Shown here piece after piece: positions 7,783-16,331 of a stretch of 35,461 nt of DNA (its first letter is position 1; each line of letters begins with the position of its first letter). The notes beneath the pieces are model-generated. The model had not been told where the DNA came from. It searched no databases and was given only the letters and a program-made list of their open reading frames with translations. Position numbers and translations under genes: made by a program. The stretch is from the IMG/VR virus record IMGVR_UViG_2778261527_000008. One strand, given 5' to 3'. The stretch is from a virus (Duplodnaviria > Heunggongvirae > Uroviricota > Caudoviricetes).

Positions 7783-8388
7783 TTATTTAGAGGACTTACA
7801 TTTTATCGGAAAAAGTTCTCCATCGTCAACCGACATAAAGAACTCTGCCTTAATCCCGTACTTCTTCAACCGTGAATAATATGTACCCCGACTAATATCA
7901 ACCTTGCGCAGCACTTCGAAGAACTCTTTAGGATTCCTGTAATAGTGGCTATATCGCACGTTAGCGAGTTCTACAAACAATTCCCTTGTATCACCATAGC
8001 CTTTCTTGAAAGCCACGTTACGATAGCGTGTAATGGCATGATTCAATCTCTTCTGTTTAAGCACTTCCCTGATCGGCTTCCACTGCAACCGATAGATAGG
8101 ACCGTCATCAATGCGATAATAACGCTTGATATCAAAATCAAACCAATCTCGGACTCTCCGAAACTCTGTATGTGATGTTCTATGCTTCTTAAAGAAGTTG
8201 TGAACGTCTCTATAGCCATTATCACGGTAAAATTCTATTAAAATCTCTTTCGCTTCCTCACGGCTAAACCCAGATGTTGTGTAATCGGTCTTTAAGTGCT
8301 TATGTTTTACTGGCAAACGATATTCATGATCGGTACAACAAGACAAGGCTAATTCTACTTCATCTCTTTGTTGCTGATTAATTAGCAT
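7783..8388 (-). CDS. hypothetical basic protein with C-terminal HTH-like segment
   Basis: 201-aa ORF; Arg/Lys/Tyr-rich; ISRGTYYSRLKKYGI resembles an HTH recognition helix. Confidence 0.45.
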   Translation of the reverse strand: MLINQQQRDEVELALSCCTDHEYRLPVKHKHLKTDYTTSGFSREEAKEILIEFYRDNGYRDVHNFFKKHRTSHTEFRRVRDWFDFDIKRYYRIDDGPIYRLQWKPIREVLKQKRLNHAITRYRNVAFKKGYGDTRELFVELANVRYSHYYRNPKEFFEVLRKVDISRGTYYSRLKKYGIKAEFFMSVDDGELFPIKCKSSK

Positions 8389-8474
8389 ACACCCTCCTTA
8401 AATCTTAATACCGTATTTATCAAAATATAAACAATTTAATAAATACCTTCATATTTCGTAATGAGGGTAATTAC

Positions 8475-10382
8475 ATGAAACTGATTTCTAATAAGGCAAA
8501 ATTAAAAAAGATTCTCAGAAATGCAGCCAAATATATTACGCCACCGCCTAAACTCCTTCCATCGGAATGGTGCGAAGCGAATCTAACGCTAGTCGATGGT
8601 CCTCGTGCTGGGGATAAAGTTAAATTGCTGTCATTTCAGAAAGGCATGATTGATGCTCCTTTCCTTGAGAAGAAAAAGAAGTACGTTTTTTGTACGAGTG
8701 CGCAGATCGGAAAGACGACCATCATGTCAGGGATCATGTTTAACCAGATGGCAAACGATCCGTGTAATATCATTATCGGGCAAAGTACCGCTAAAGAAGT
8801 GGCTATGTACTTGAATACTAAGATCCGTCCTTCTATTGAAGCATGTCCGGCATTACAGGAAGTGGTAACAGATAAGAATGATCGTAATGCGGTAAACAAC
8901 AATAACCAGATTCAGCTAAAAACAAACCATTTCCTTTACATGGTTTCTTTGACCAGTCCTTCAAGTTTGCGCGGGCGTACTGCCAAGTTAGGGATTGTAG
9001 ACGAATGCGACGCAGCAACAATCACCGAAGAAGGTTGCCCGGTGGCACTAACTGCAAACCGTTTAACTACCTTTGGTGATGAAGCTCGATTGATTGTTTC
9101 TAGTACCCCGACCAATAAGCTGGGAATCATTAACCAGCAATGGTTATCAAGTGATATGCGTATGTTTTTTGTTCCGTGTCCTCATTGCGGGGAACACCAG
9201 GTGATCGAGTGGGAAAACGTTCAATTTGAATGGCGTAACATTGATGGTAAGAACTTACCCGATCCTGATACCGCTCGTTATATTTGCCCCCACTGTAAGA
9301 ACGCATGGACAGAAGGGGAACGAATCAGGGCAGTAGCGCAAGGCGAGTGGAGAGCAACCCGTGAAAGTGAAGTAGCAGGATTCTGGATCAGTCGTCTGTA
9401 TTCACCTTTCAGCACGATCCGCGCTTGTGTGGTTGATTTTAGTCATGCGTGGCAATCCTTTGATTTACAATCCTTTTTTAACACCGTGTTAGGCAAGGTA
9501 TACGACGATCAGGACACGGCAGTAGAAGCAAATGAACTGGAACAACTCAAAACAGATGTTTCTATCGAGAATATCCCTGATGACGTGATTTTCTTGTGTG
9601 CGGGTACTGACCAGCAATTAGATCGCGCAGAAACTACGATCATGGGCGTGGCAAAGGATAAGATTTATATTCTGGATCACCGCAGCTTTTACGATCATAA
9701 CTGTGAACGATATGAATCACCTGTATGGGATAGATTAATCAACTTCCATAAAACCAAATTTACTACTGTATCGGGTGATCGTGTTCCTATGCTCGCCAGC
9801 TTCCTTGATACATCGAACGGTCGATTCACTCAAGCTGGATACCGTATTTGCGGCAAGTGGAAGAACTTACACGCTATCAAAGGTAGTTCTGCTGGTAACG
9901 CTCCGATCATTCCGGTTAAACCTACCCGCACAGGTGGTCATGAATTGCTTATGCTGGGCGTTAACGTTGGGAAATCCGCTGTTCGTGAAATGCTGGTTAG
10001 AAACCTGAAAGATAATCCTCATATTGGCTTAGAAATATCAGAAACCATTCCTGATGATTATCTCGATCAGCTTTTGAGTGAATCCATCAAGCGTACTACT
10101 ACTGGCGTGCGTTGGGTGAAAAATCCAGGTAGTACCCGAAACGAGGCTCTCGACTGTCTGGTTTATAGCTATGCTGCTTCTCGCTACGTTCTTTCAAAAA
10201 TGTCATGGGATAAACTCATTGCAATGAAAGACAGCTTAAACCGTGTTGTCGAAGAATCCGTAGAAGCTCCTAAATCGCAATCTGACGAGCAAATCGAAGA
10301 AAATAAGCCAATCACACGACCACAACGTAAAAACATCGCCAGACGCCCAAATAGAGGCCGTAGCTGGGTAACATCGTTCTAA
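8475..10382 (+). CDS. terminase large subunit, lambda GpA family
   Basis: 635 aa, size and motifs (zinc-finger-like CPHCG...CPHC segment) consistent with GpA-type terminases; GAGGG RBS. Confidence 0.8.
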   Translation: MKLISNKAKLKKILRNAAKYITPPPKLLPSEWCEANLTLVDGPRAGDKVKLLSFQKGMIDAPFLEKKKKYVFCTSAQIGKTTIMSGIMFNQMANDPCNIIIGQSTAKEVAMYLNTKIRPSIEACPALQEVVTDKNDRNAVNNNNQIQLKTNHFLYMVSLTSPSSLRGRTAKLGIVDECDAATITEEGCPVALTANRLTTFGDEARLIVSSTPTNKLGIINQQWLSSDMRMFFVPCPHCGEHQVIEWENVQFEWRNIDGKNLPDPDTARYICPHCKNAWTEGERIRAVAQGEWRATRESEVAGFWISRLYSPFSTIRACVVDFSHAWQSFDLQSFFNTVLGKVYDDQDTAVEANELEQLKTDVSIENIPDDVIFLCAGTDQQLDRAETTIMGVAKDKIYILDHRSFYDHNCERYESPVWDRLINFHKTKFTTVSGDRVPMLASFLDTSNGRFTQAGYRICGKWKNLHAIKGSSAGNAPIIPVKPTRTGGHELLMLGVNVGKSAVREMLVRNLKDNPHIGLEISETIPDDYLDQLLSESIKRTTTGVRWVKNPGSTRNEALDCLVYSYAASRYVLSKMSWDKLIAMKDSLNRVVEESVEAPKSQSDEQIEENKPITRPQRKNIARRPNRGRSWVTSF

Positions 10383-10454
10383 TAACTCGCCGTCCTTCGG
10401 GGCGGCTTACTCCTAAATATTGTTAATCCAATAACAATTAAATAAGGGGTAATT

Positions 10455-10949
10455 ATGAGTTTAGAACTAATTCCCTTAGTAATTCGTAAAGGTGAAAAAA
10501 TCACGCTGGCGAATGAAGAGGGTGTAACAATTCAGGTAGGAAATAGTAAAGGTATCATTTATCAGGTTGATGATACTCCGGCTAATCATGAGATTAAAAC
10601 CTTAGATTTTGCCGAAGGTAAATATACCATCGTAACCACTTTGGAAGAAGAACTGGTATCAATGCAGGAATTAACTGTTTTACCAGTATTCGCCAAACAA
10701 TCCAAAAAAGAATATCTGCGGGAAACTATCGCCTTAATCGAGCAAGTTATTTTCGCCCGTTTATCTGGGGACGAAGCCGCATTATCTCAAATGACAGTGA
10801 AAGGGAATACTTTCGCCTATGAGTCATTAGGTGTTCTCCAGCAATTAAAGACTGATTATGAACGTCAGTTATCAAAATTAATTCAAGCCGAACGACGTAA
10901 ACAGGGAATTAGCCCGATTAAAAATATTAAAGTACGTCTTACGCGATAA
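10455..10949 (+). CDS. gpW-like head-tail joining protein with extra N-terminal domain
   Basis: position between terL and portal as for lambda W; C-terminal half shows gpW-like spacing of hydrophobic/Gly residues; 164 aa vs 68 aa for lambda gpW. Confidence 0.35.
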   Translation: MSLELIPLVIRKGEKITLANEEGVTIQVGNSKGIIYQVDDTPANHEIKTLDFAEGKYTIVTTLEEELVSMQELTVLPVFAKQSKKEYLRETIALIEQVIFARLSGDEAALSQMTVKGNTFAYESLGVLQQLKTDYERQLSKLIQAERRKQGISPIKNIKVRLTR

Positions 10950-10959
10950 GGGGTAAATC

Positions 10960-12471
10960 ATGTTTAATCTTTTTCGACGCAAAAAGGCGGTAGAAACTCC
11001 AGTTAAAACTAATCACCGCCAACAACAACCAAAAATTTTCATCGACAAACAAGTAGAAAAATTTCAGAAAGATTTGTCTAAGCGTTCTTTGGGCTTAGTC
11101 GGTGATCGAATTGATGGGCAGCTTCAACAAGATACTATCACCGGAACGTTCAATAAGGCTCTCAAATCGAACGGTAAGCGCCTTTATGATCAGGGTCGTA
11201 CTCTGGCCTTAAACACTTCCGTAGGCAGTCGATACACGCAATACATCACCGATATGGTGGTAGGTACTGGCCTAGATCCGAAGCCGTCAATCGTTAAATC
11301 AAATGGCAAACTTGATAGCGCACTGAATAAGCAGATCGAGAATGCTTTCTGGAAGTGGGCGCAGAATGCTAAACGCTTCTCTCGTAACGGTCGCTTTAAC
11401 TTCCGTGAATTGCTGGTAATGGCTGAACGTGAGCGCGTTATGGGTGGTGAGTGTTTCATCGTTTTAACTAAAGAAAACAATGAGTTAAATGTTTCTATCC
11501 TGTCTGCTGATAAGTGCGACTGGACTCTCAACCGTGAAGTGAGCAAAGAACGTGCGATATATCAAGGTGTGGAGTATGCCGTAGAAACGATGAAGCCCGT
11601 GGCATACTGGTTTCGTAAAGTCAACCTACTGACTCAGACCTACACTGGTGATAACTATCGCGTCGATGCTTCGCAAGTATGCCATTATTATCAACCGCTT
11701 ACCGCCGAATCCCTGCGTGGTGTGACTGACTTCCTGCCAGTGATTAAGGATATCGCACATCAAGATGCATTCCGCGAAACTGCGATCATCCAGAAACGCA
11801 TTGCAGCTAGCTCTATGGGCTTTATCGAACGTCCGAAAGATTCTGGTGACGATTTTGATACTGGTGAAGAGGATGAACAATATCAAGCGCCGGAAGTAGT
11901 ACAGGACTTTGCACCGGGTACTATTCAGGAATTGCCGGAAGGGGCAACGATTAAGTCAATTCAGAGCGCCCAAAGTGGCGATGACTTTAACAGCTTCAAT
12001 GATGCGATGTTTACTAGCGTATCAATGGGCTTAGGCGTGTTTAAACAGGGCTTAACTGGTGATACCAGCCAGATCAACTACAGCGCAGCCCGCTACGGCG
12101 AATTGCTTCAACGCACACGAGTTAAAGCACTGCAAAACAAATTAATTGAAACAGTGGTATTGCCAATTTTTGAAGCATATCTACGCCATTATTCCGCGCG
12201 TGGTATTGTTCCGATTCGTATTACTGCAATTCCGCATATTATCGACAACACTACTATTATTCGTCCGCGTTTTGAATCCGTCGATCCTATTAAAGACGTA
12301 AACGCTGATATTGCTTTAATTGATAAAGGACTTAAATCACGTACTGCCGTTATATTAGAACGTGGTGATGATCCTGAAAAAGTATTCTCAGAGATTCAAG
12401 CCGAAAAGAGCGCACTAAATATTATCGTTGATGGTGAGGGTGAAGAAAAAAATTCCCCAGCCGATCCCTAA
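10960..12471 (+). CDS. portal protein (lambda gpB-like)
   Basis: 503 aa, immediately downstream of terL, acidic C-terminus; synteny. Confidence 0.75.
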   Translation: MFNLFRRKKAVETPVKTNHRQQQPKIFIDKQVEKFQKDLSKRSLGLVGDRIDGQLQQDTITGTFNKALKSNGKRLYDQGRTLALNTSVGSRYTQYITDMVVGTGLDPKPSIVKSNGKLDSALNKQIENAFWKWAQNAKRFSRNGRFNFRELLVMAERERVMGGECFIVLTKENNELNVSILSADKCDWTLNREVSKERAIYQGVEYAVETMKPVAYWFRKVNLLTQTYTGDNYRVDASQVCHYYQPLTAESLRGVTDFLPVIKDIAHQDAFRETAIIQKRIAASSMGFIERPKDSGDDFDTGEEDEQYQAPEVVQDFAPGTIQELPEGATIKSIQSAQSGDDFNSFNDAMFTSVSMGLGVFKQGLTGDTSQINYSAARYGELLQRTRVKALQNKLIETVVLPIFEAYLRHYSARGIVPIRITAIPHIIDNTTIIRPRFESVDPIKDVNADIALIDKGLKSRTAVILERGDDPEKVFSEIQAEKSALNIIVDGEGEEKNSPADP

Positions 12472-12516
12472 TAACCAACGGGGGCGCAATGCCCCCAATT
12501 AATTAAAGGTGATTAA

Positions 12517-14523
12517 ATGCTTAAATTTCGCCGCGATCTTAACGGTTACGGTGGAGTTATTAATGAAGGGCATAACGATCAATACGAATTTGAAATTGCT
12601 TTCTCAAGTACACAGCCTTATCAGCGCCAATTTTGGGATGAGCAAAATCAAGAAATGGTGGTATTAGATGAAATTCTGGTACATACACCGGAAGCGGTTG
12701 ATCTGTCTCGTCTGAATAATAACGCTCCGTTGCTGTTCAATCACAATTTCGATAATCACATTGGTGTAGTTTGTAACGCTCGAATCGATGCGGATAACGT
12801 AGGTCGTGCTCTGGTTAAGTTCTCCAAGCATGGGACTTTGGCTAATGATATTCGTAATAAAGTCATTGAAGGTACGATGGAAAAAATTTCTGTCGGCTAT
12901 GACATTAAAGAATATCACATCGATTATGCCAAAGGACAATTGATTGTTACTAAGTGGGCACCCTATGAACTCTCATTTGTCACCGTTCCCGCAGACGATA
13001 CGGTCGGTTTAAATCGCTCTCTAAATACTATCACAGTTAATTTGGAGGCTAAACGCGATATGACTAAAGAACAAATTGAAGAAATCAAAGAAGAACAAGA
13101 ATCCGCTCAGGTTGAAGAAACTCCGGTAGAAGAAAATAAAGAATCGGAAGTAGAAGAAACTCAAGAGCGCCAAGTTGAAGAGAATAAAGAAGATGAAAAT
13201 CTCGAAGACGGAAAAGACGCTGAACATCCTGAAAGTGTTGATGATGATAGTTCAACTGTTCGGGAAACAGAAGAAGTAAAAGAAGAACGTGAAGCCGCTC
13301 CGGTTGAAGAAGAAAAAATCGAAGAAGTGGCTGAACGTTCCGAAGAAGACGAATTAGAAATTCGCGAAATTGCACGCGAACTAAATATTGATGACGAAGA
13401 ATTGAAACGCGCATTGGCAATTAAAGATATGACGCCGGAAGCATTCCGCACTAAGGCACTAAATAACATTACCAATGCTCAACGTATTAACGAACAACAA
13501 ATTAAGGACTCTAAAATGGAAAAAACTTTTGACCTGAACAACGTAATTCGCTCTCTGGTAGATGGTGAAGCTCTGGGTGCTAACGAAGCCGAGTTTTCTG
13601 CAATGGCTGCTACTACAACTATGCAGCGTGGTCGTGCCGCTCGTGGTGGCTCTGTATTCGTTCCGGCTGCTGCTATGCGTGCTGCTGCTGATGGCAACAC
13701 CAAAGCTAATCTGGTTGCTATCACTGACGAAAAACTGATGACTGAATCCTACATCGAAATGCTGATGCCTCAGAGTGTTTTAGGCCGCCTCGGGGTGACT
13801 GTTTATAGTGGCTTGACTTCTCCGACCGCTATTCCAAAAATGACTAAATCCAGCGTTGACGCTTTCGGATTCGTTGACGAAAATGGCGCTGCCCCCGAGT
13901 CACATGCGGAATTTTCGAACGTGAAACTGTCTCCGAAAACTTTTGCTGGTGGCAACCCGATCAGCCGTCAGTCGCTGAAAACCGTTCCGGGCATCGCTAC
14001 CCTGATCACCGATCACATTAACAAATCTGTTCGGATCAAACTGGAACAACTGATTCTGTCTGATAAAGAAAATGCTCGTGGTCCGGCTGGTCTGGTTAAG
14101 CAACTGGTAGACGCTAGCCGCGTTACCAAGAAAGCTGCTTTCTCTTATAAAGACTTCCTGAAAGAAATTGCAGCACTGACTGACGCTGGCGTTCCTGCTC
14201 AGGCGATCAAGTTTGCGATGAGCGGTGCAACTGCTGCTGAACTGGAATCTACCCTGAAAGATAACGGCGTTTCCGGTTATATCATCGAAAACGGCAAACT
14301 GGCTGGTTACGAAGTAGTTACTTCTGGCGTTATTCCGGCAGACCACATCGTTCTGGGTGACTTCTCCGGTATTACTATCGGTGAGTGGGGCGGTCTGGAA
14401 CTGGATATGGATCTAACTACATACCGTGATCGTGGTGCGGTAGTGCCTCGTATCTTTGTAGATTTGGACTACGTTGTAGCACAGCCGGAAGCTCTGAAAG
14501 TTCTTCACATCTCCGCTGAATGA
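12517..14523 (+). CDS. prohead protease (HK97 gp4/S78-like) - acidic scaffold-like linker - major capsid protein (HK97 fold) fusion
   Basis: N-terminal ~170 aa with protease-like SVGY/ELSFVTVPA motifs; ~110-aa Glu-rich linker; C-terminal ~340 aa capsid-like; single uninterrupted ORF. Confidence 0.7.
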   Translation: MLKFRRDLNGYGGVINEGHNDQYEFEIAFSSTQPYQRQFWDEQNQEMVVLDEILVHTPEAVDLSRLNNNAPLLFNHNFDNHIGVVCNARIDADNVGRALVKFSKHGTLANDIRNKVIEGTMEKISVGYDIKEYHIDYAKGQLIVTKWAPYELSFVTVPADDTVGLNRSLNTITVNLEAKRDMTKEQIEEIKEEQESAQVEETPVEENKESEVEETQERQVEENKEDENLEDGKDAEHPESVDDDSSTVRETEEVKEEREAAPVEEEKIEEVAERSEEDELEIREIARELNIDDEELKRALAIKDMTPEAFRTKALNNITNAQRINEQQIKDSKMEKTFDLNNVIRSLVDGEALGANEAEFSAMAATTTMQRGRAARGGSVFVPAAAMRAAADGNTKANLVAITDEKLMTESYIEMLMPQSVLGRLGVTVYSGLTSPTAIPKMTKSSVDAFGFVDENGAAPESHAEFSNVKLSPKTFAGGNPISRQSLKTVPGIATLITDHINKSVRIKLEQLILSDKENARGPAGLVKQLVDASRVTKKAAFSYKDFLKEIAALTDAGVPAQAIKFAMSGATAAELESTLKDNGVSGYIIENGKLAGYEVVTSGVIPADHIVLGDFSGITIGEWGGLELDMDLTTYRDRGAVVPRIFVDLDYVVAQPEALKVLHISAE

Positions 14524-14649
14524 ACTCCTGTAGAACCATCTGAACCTTCCCCCGATTTGGGGGAAGAAAATCTGATTCCTGAACCGGAAGAAGAATCCCA
14601 GACGGTTAAGGCGAAAGCCACAGCTAAAAAACAGCGTAAAACTAAAGAA
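14524..14649 (+). other. in-frame post-UGA extension of the capsid ORF (42 codons), candidate readthrough isoform
   Basis: no stop in frame from 14524 to TAA TAA at 14650-14655; no start codon or RBS; encodes TPVEPSEPSPDLGEENLIPEPEEESQTVKAKATAKKQRKTKE. Confidence 0.4.
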
Positions 14650-14657
14650 TAATAATT

Positions 14658-14684
14658 AGCCCTGCCTAACGGTGGGGCTTTTTT
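14658..14684 (+). terminator. rho-independent terminator after capsid gene
   Basis: agccctgcc-taac-ggtggggct followed by tttttt. Confidence 0.6.
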
Positions 14685-14714
14685 GTATGTAAATACTCCA
14701 TAAAGGGGGTAACT

Positions 14715-15005
14715 ATGTTCAAATTATCAGAATCACAATTAAATCGAATGTTTAAAAGTGCTCCTGTATTTTCGGTGGAAGGTGGTAAATCAATTCGTGC
14801 TTATCATGAAATTACTACTACCGACGAATCGGGGGTAATGACAGAAACAGAATTTCTATTCTGTCGTGAGGGAGACTTAAAGCAAGGTGATATTGTCACA
14901 GTAGAAAACCAGCGTTTCAAAGTTCAATACGTTAAGCGCAATGGTGACAATACTTGTGATTGCTTTATCACTTTAGCAGGGGGTACACATGCTCGCTACC
15001 GTTAA
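14715..15005 (+). CDS. head-tail adaptor / head completion protein (candidate)
   Basis: 96-aa ORF directly after capsid gene, AGGGGG RBS; synteny only. Confidence 0.4.
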   Translation: MFKLSESQLNRMFKSAPVFSVEGGKSIRAYHEITTTDESGVMTETEFLFCREGDLKQGDIVTVENQRFKVQYVKRNGDNTCDCFITLAGGTHARYR

Positions 15006-15411
15006 TAATATGCCGAGACTGAAAATCAAACGCGCCTTGCAAGATATTATCGAACAAGATTTAGGTCTGGCTTTAAACGTAGAACAAACTCAGCAAGGCT
15101 TTAGTGATGACGTGGTTTGTTGGATTACTGGCATGAATGAGACTTACACAAGGGTCCGTGGCGGTAATGCAATGCAAGCTGAATGCGTTATCGAAATGCA
15201 GTTATATTCTCAGATTCATGAAACGAAAATTCATGAGGGTATTTGCCAGATAATCCAGATTCAGCCAGATAACCCACGATTTAAAGATTTGGGCTTCTCT
15301 ATTTCAGATATCACTCCAGTAGCTTCTAATACCGATTATGACGATGATTCTAGTGATGGGGGTATCGTTGGGACACTTAGCCTTAAATTTTCTTATCTAG
15401 CGCGTTTTTAA
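14989..15411 (+). CDS. head-tail joining or tail completion protein (candidate)
   Basis: 140-aa ORF overlapping previous stop by 17 nt; synteny only. Confidence 0.35.
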   Translation: MLATVNNMPRLKIKRALQDIIEQDLGLALNVEQTQQGFSDDVVCWITGMNETYTRVRGGNAMQAECVIEMQLYSQIHETKIHEGICQIIQIQPDNPRFKDLGFSISDITPVASNTDYDDDSSDGGIVGTLSLKFSYLARF

Positions 15412-15420
15412 GGGGTAATA

Positions 15421-16254
15421 ATGAATATTACACAAGATAACTTAGATATTTTTACGGGGTCGCATGTTGAAGTCTCCGTTTCTACTATGGTCGATAGCCA
15501 GCCGGACTTTTTCGATCCTAGTTTTAGTTCTATTGAGAACGTCGCAGCATTCCCTACGCTAACCGAATCCACAGAGATTGAAACTCTGGAAGAGTACGAT
15601 CAGGACGCTACGGGGAAACTTGCTGGTTATCGTAGACTGGAACCGACAACACTCACATTAAACCGTGTTCTTGACGATGAACATCAAGCAATGTTGATGA
15701 AAGCGGTAGGGGATAAAACACCTTTACGCTTCCGTATGTTCTATGTTGTGAACTCTGGCTATAGTGCTGCTAACACTGGTTACTATGTCATCTATGACGC
15801 TTATGTCACTAGTCACAAAACCCGTGGCGCAGATAACAAAGCTGTAACACTGGAATTTAAACTTGAACCAGATGGCGGGATTTTGGCAAGGGGGATTGCT
15901 ACCGAAGGCCGGATCTTACGTCAGGGTGATTTTGGTTTGGGTGCTGGTGTAAATCCATTCACGGGTCCGATTGACAGCGAGGCATTAGCCGGAAACCGTT
16001 TCGTAACTTACAAGGGAACTGCTAGCGGTAATCCATATTCAACCGACACAGCATTAATTCACCTTCAAGCTAATGAGCATGGCGCATGGCAATTAACCTG
16101 TAATACTTCTGGCGCACCACGTTTACGCGTCCGAAATATTCAGGAAAACGGTCGCTCTGAATGGATCAAGGTATATTCCACCAATGAGAAACCGACACCT
16201 AGCGAAATTGGCGCAGTAGCTAAAACTGATAGAGTCGATTTCGGGGAGTATTGA
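15421..16254 (+). CDS. putative tail-tube-fold protein with C-terminal fiber-like segment (candidate side-fiber anchor/collar)
   Basis: 277 aa; N-terminal half has tube-protein-like pattern; C-terminal KPTPSEIGA motif shared with the downstream fiber. Confidence 0.35.
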   Translation: MNITQDNLDIFTGSHVEVSVSTMVDSQPDFFDPSFSSIENVAAFPTLTESTEIETLEEYDQDATGKLAGYRRLEPTTLTLNRVLDDEHQAMLMKAVGDKTPLRFRMFYVVNSGYSAANTGYYVIYDAYVTSHKTRGADNKAVTLEFKLEPDGGILARGIATEGRILRQGDFGLGAGVNPFTGPIDSEALAGNRFVTYKGTASGNPYSTDTALIHLQANEHGAWQLTCNTSGAPRLRVRNIQENGRSEWIKVYSTNEKPTPSEIGAVAKTDRVDFGEY

Positions 16255-16331
16255 TTCACTTCCTAAATAAAACATGAACGTTGGGAGGTTAACGCCTCCC
16301 TTATTCCTGTTTTATAGTGAGGTGATTCTAG

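Noticed and set aside
13021-13475. Three overlapping minus-strand ORFs (68-111 aa)
   Set aside because: Antisense to the acidic linker of the capsid polyprotein; low-complexity Ser/Leu/Phe translations typical of antisense GAA-rich DNA.
14524-14649. Post-capsid extension as an independent small gene
   Set aside because: No ATG or GTG with an RBS; the only in-frame TTG lacks a Shine-Dalgarno sequence; frame is continuous with the upstream stop. Readthrough is the simpler explanation.
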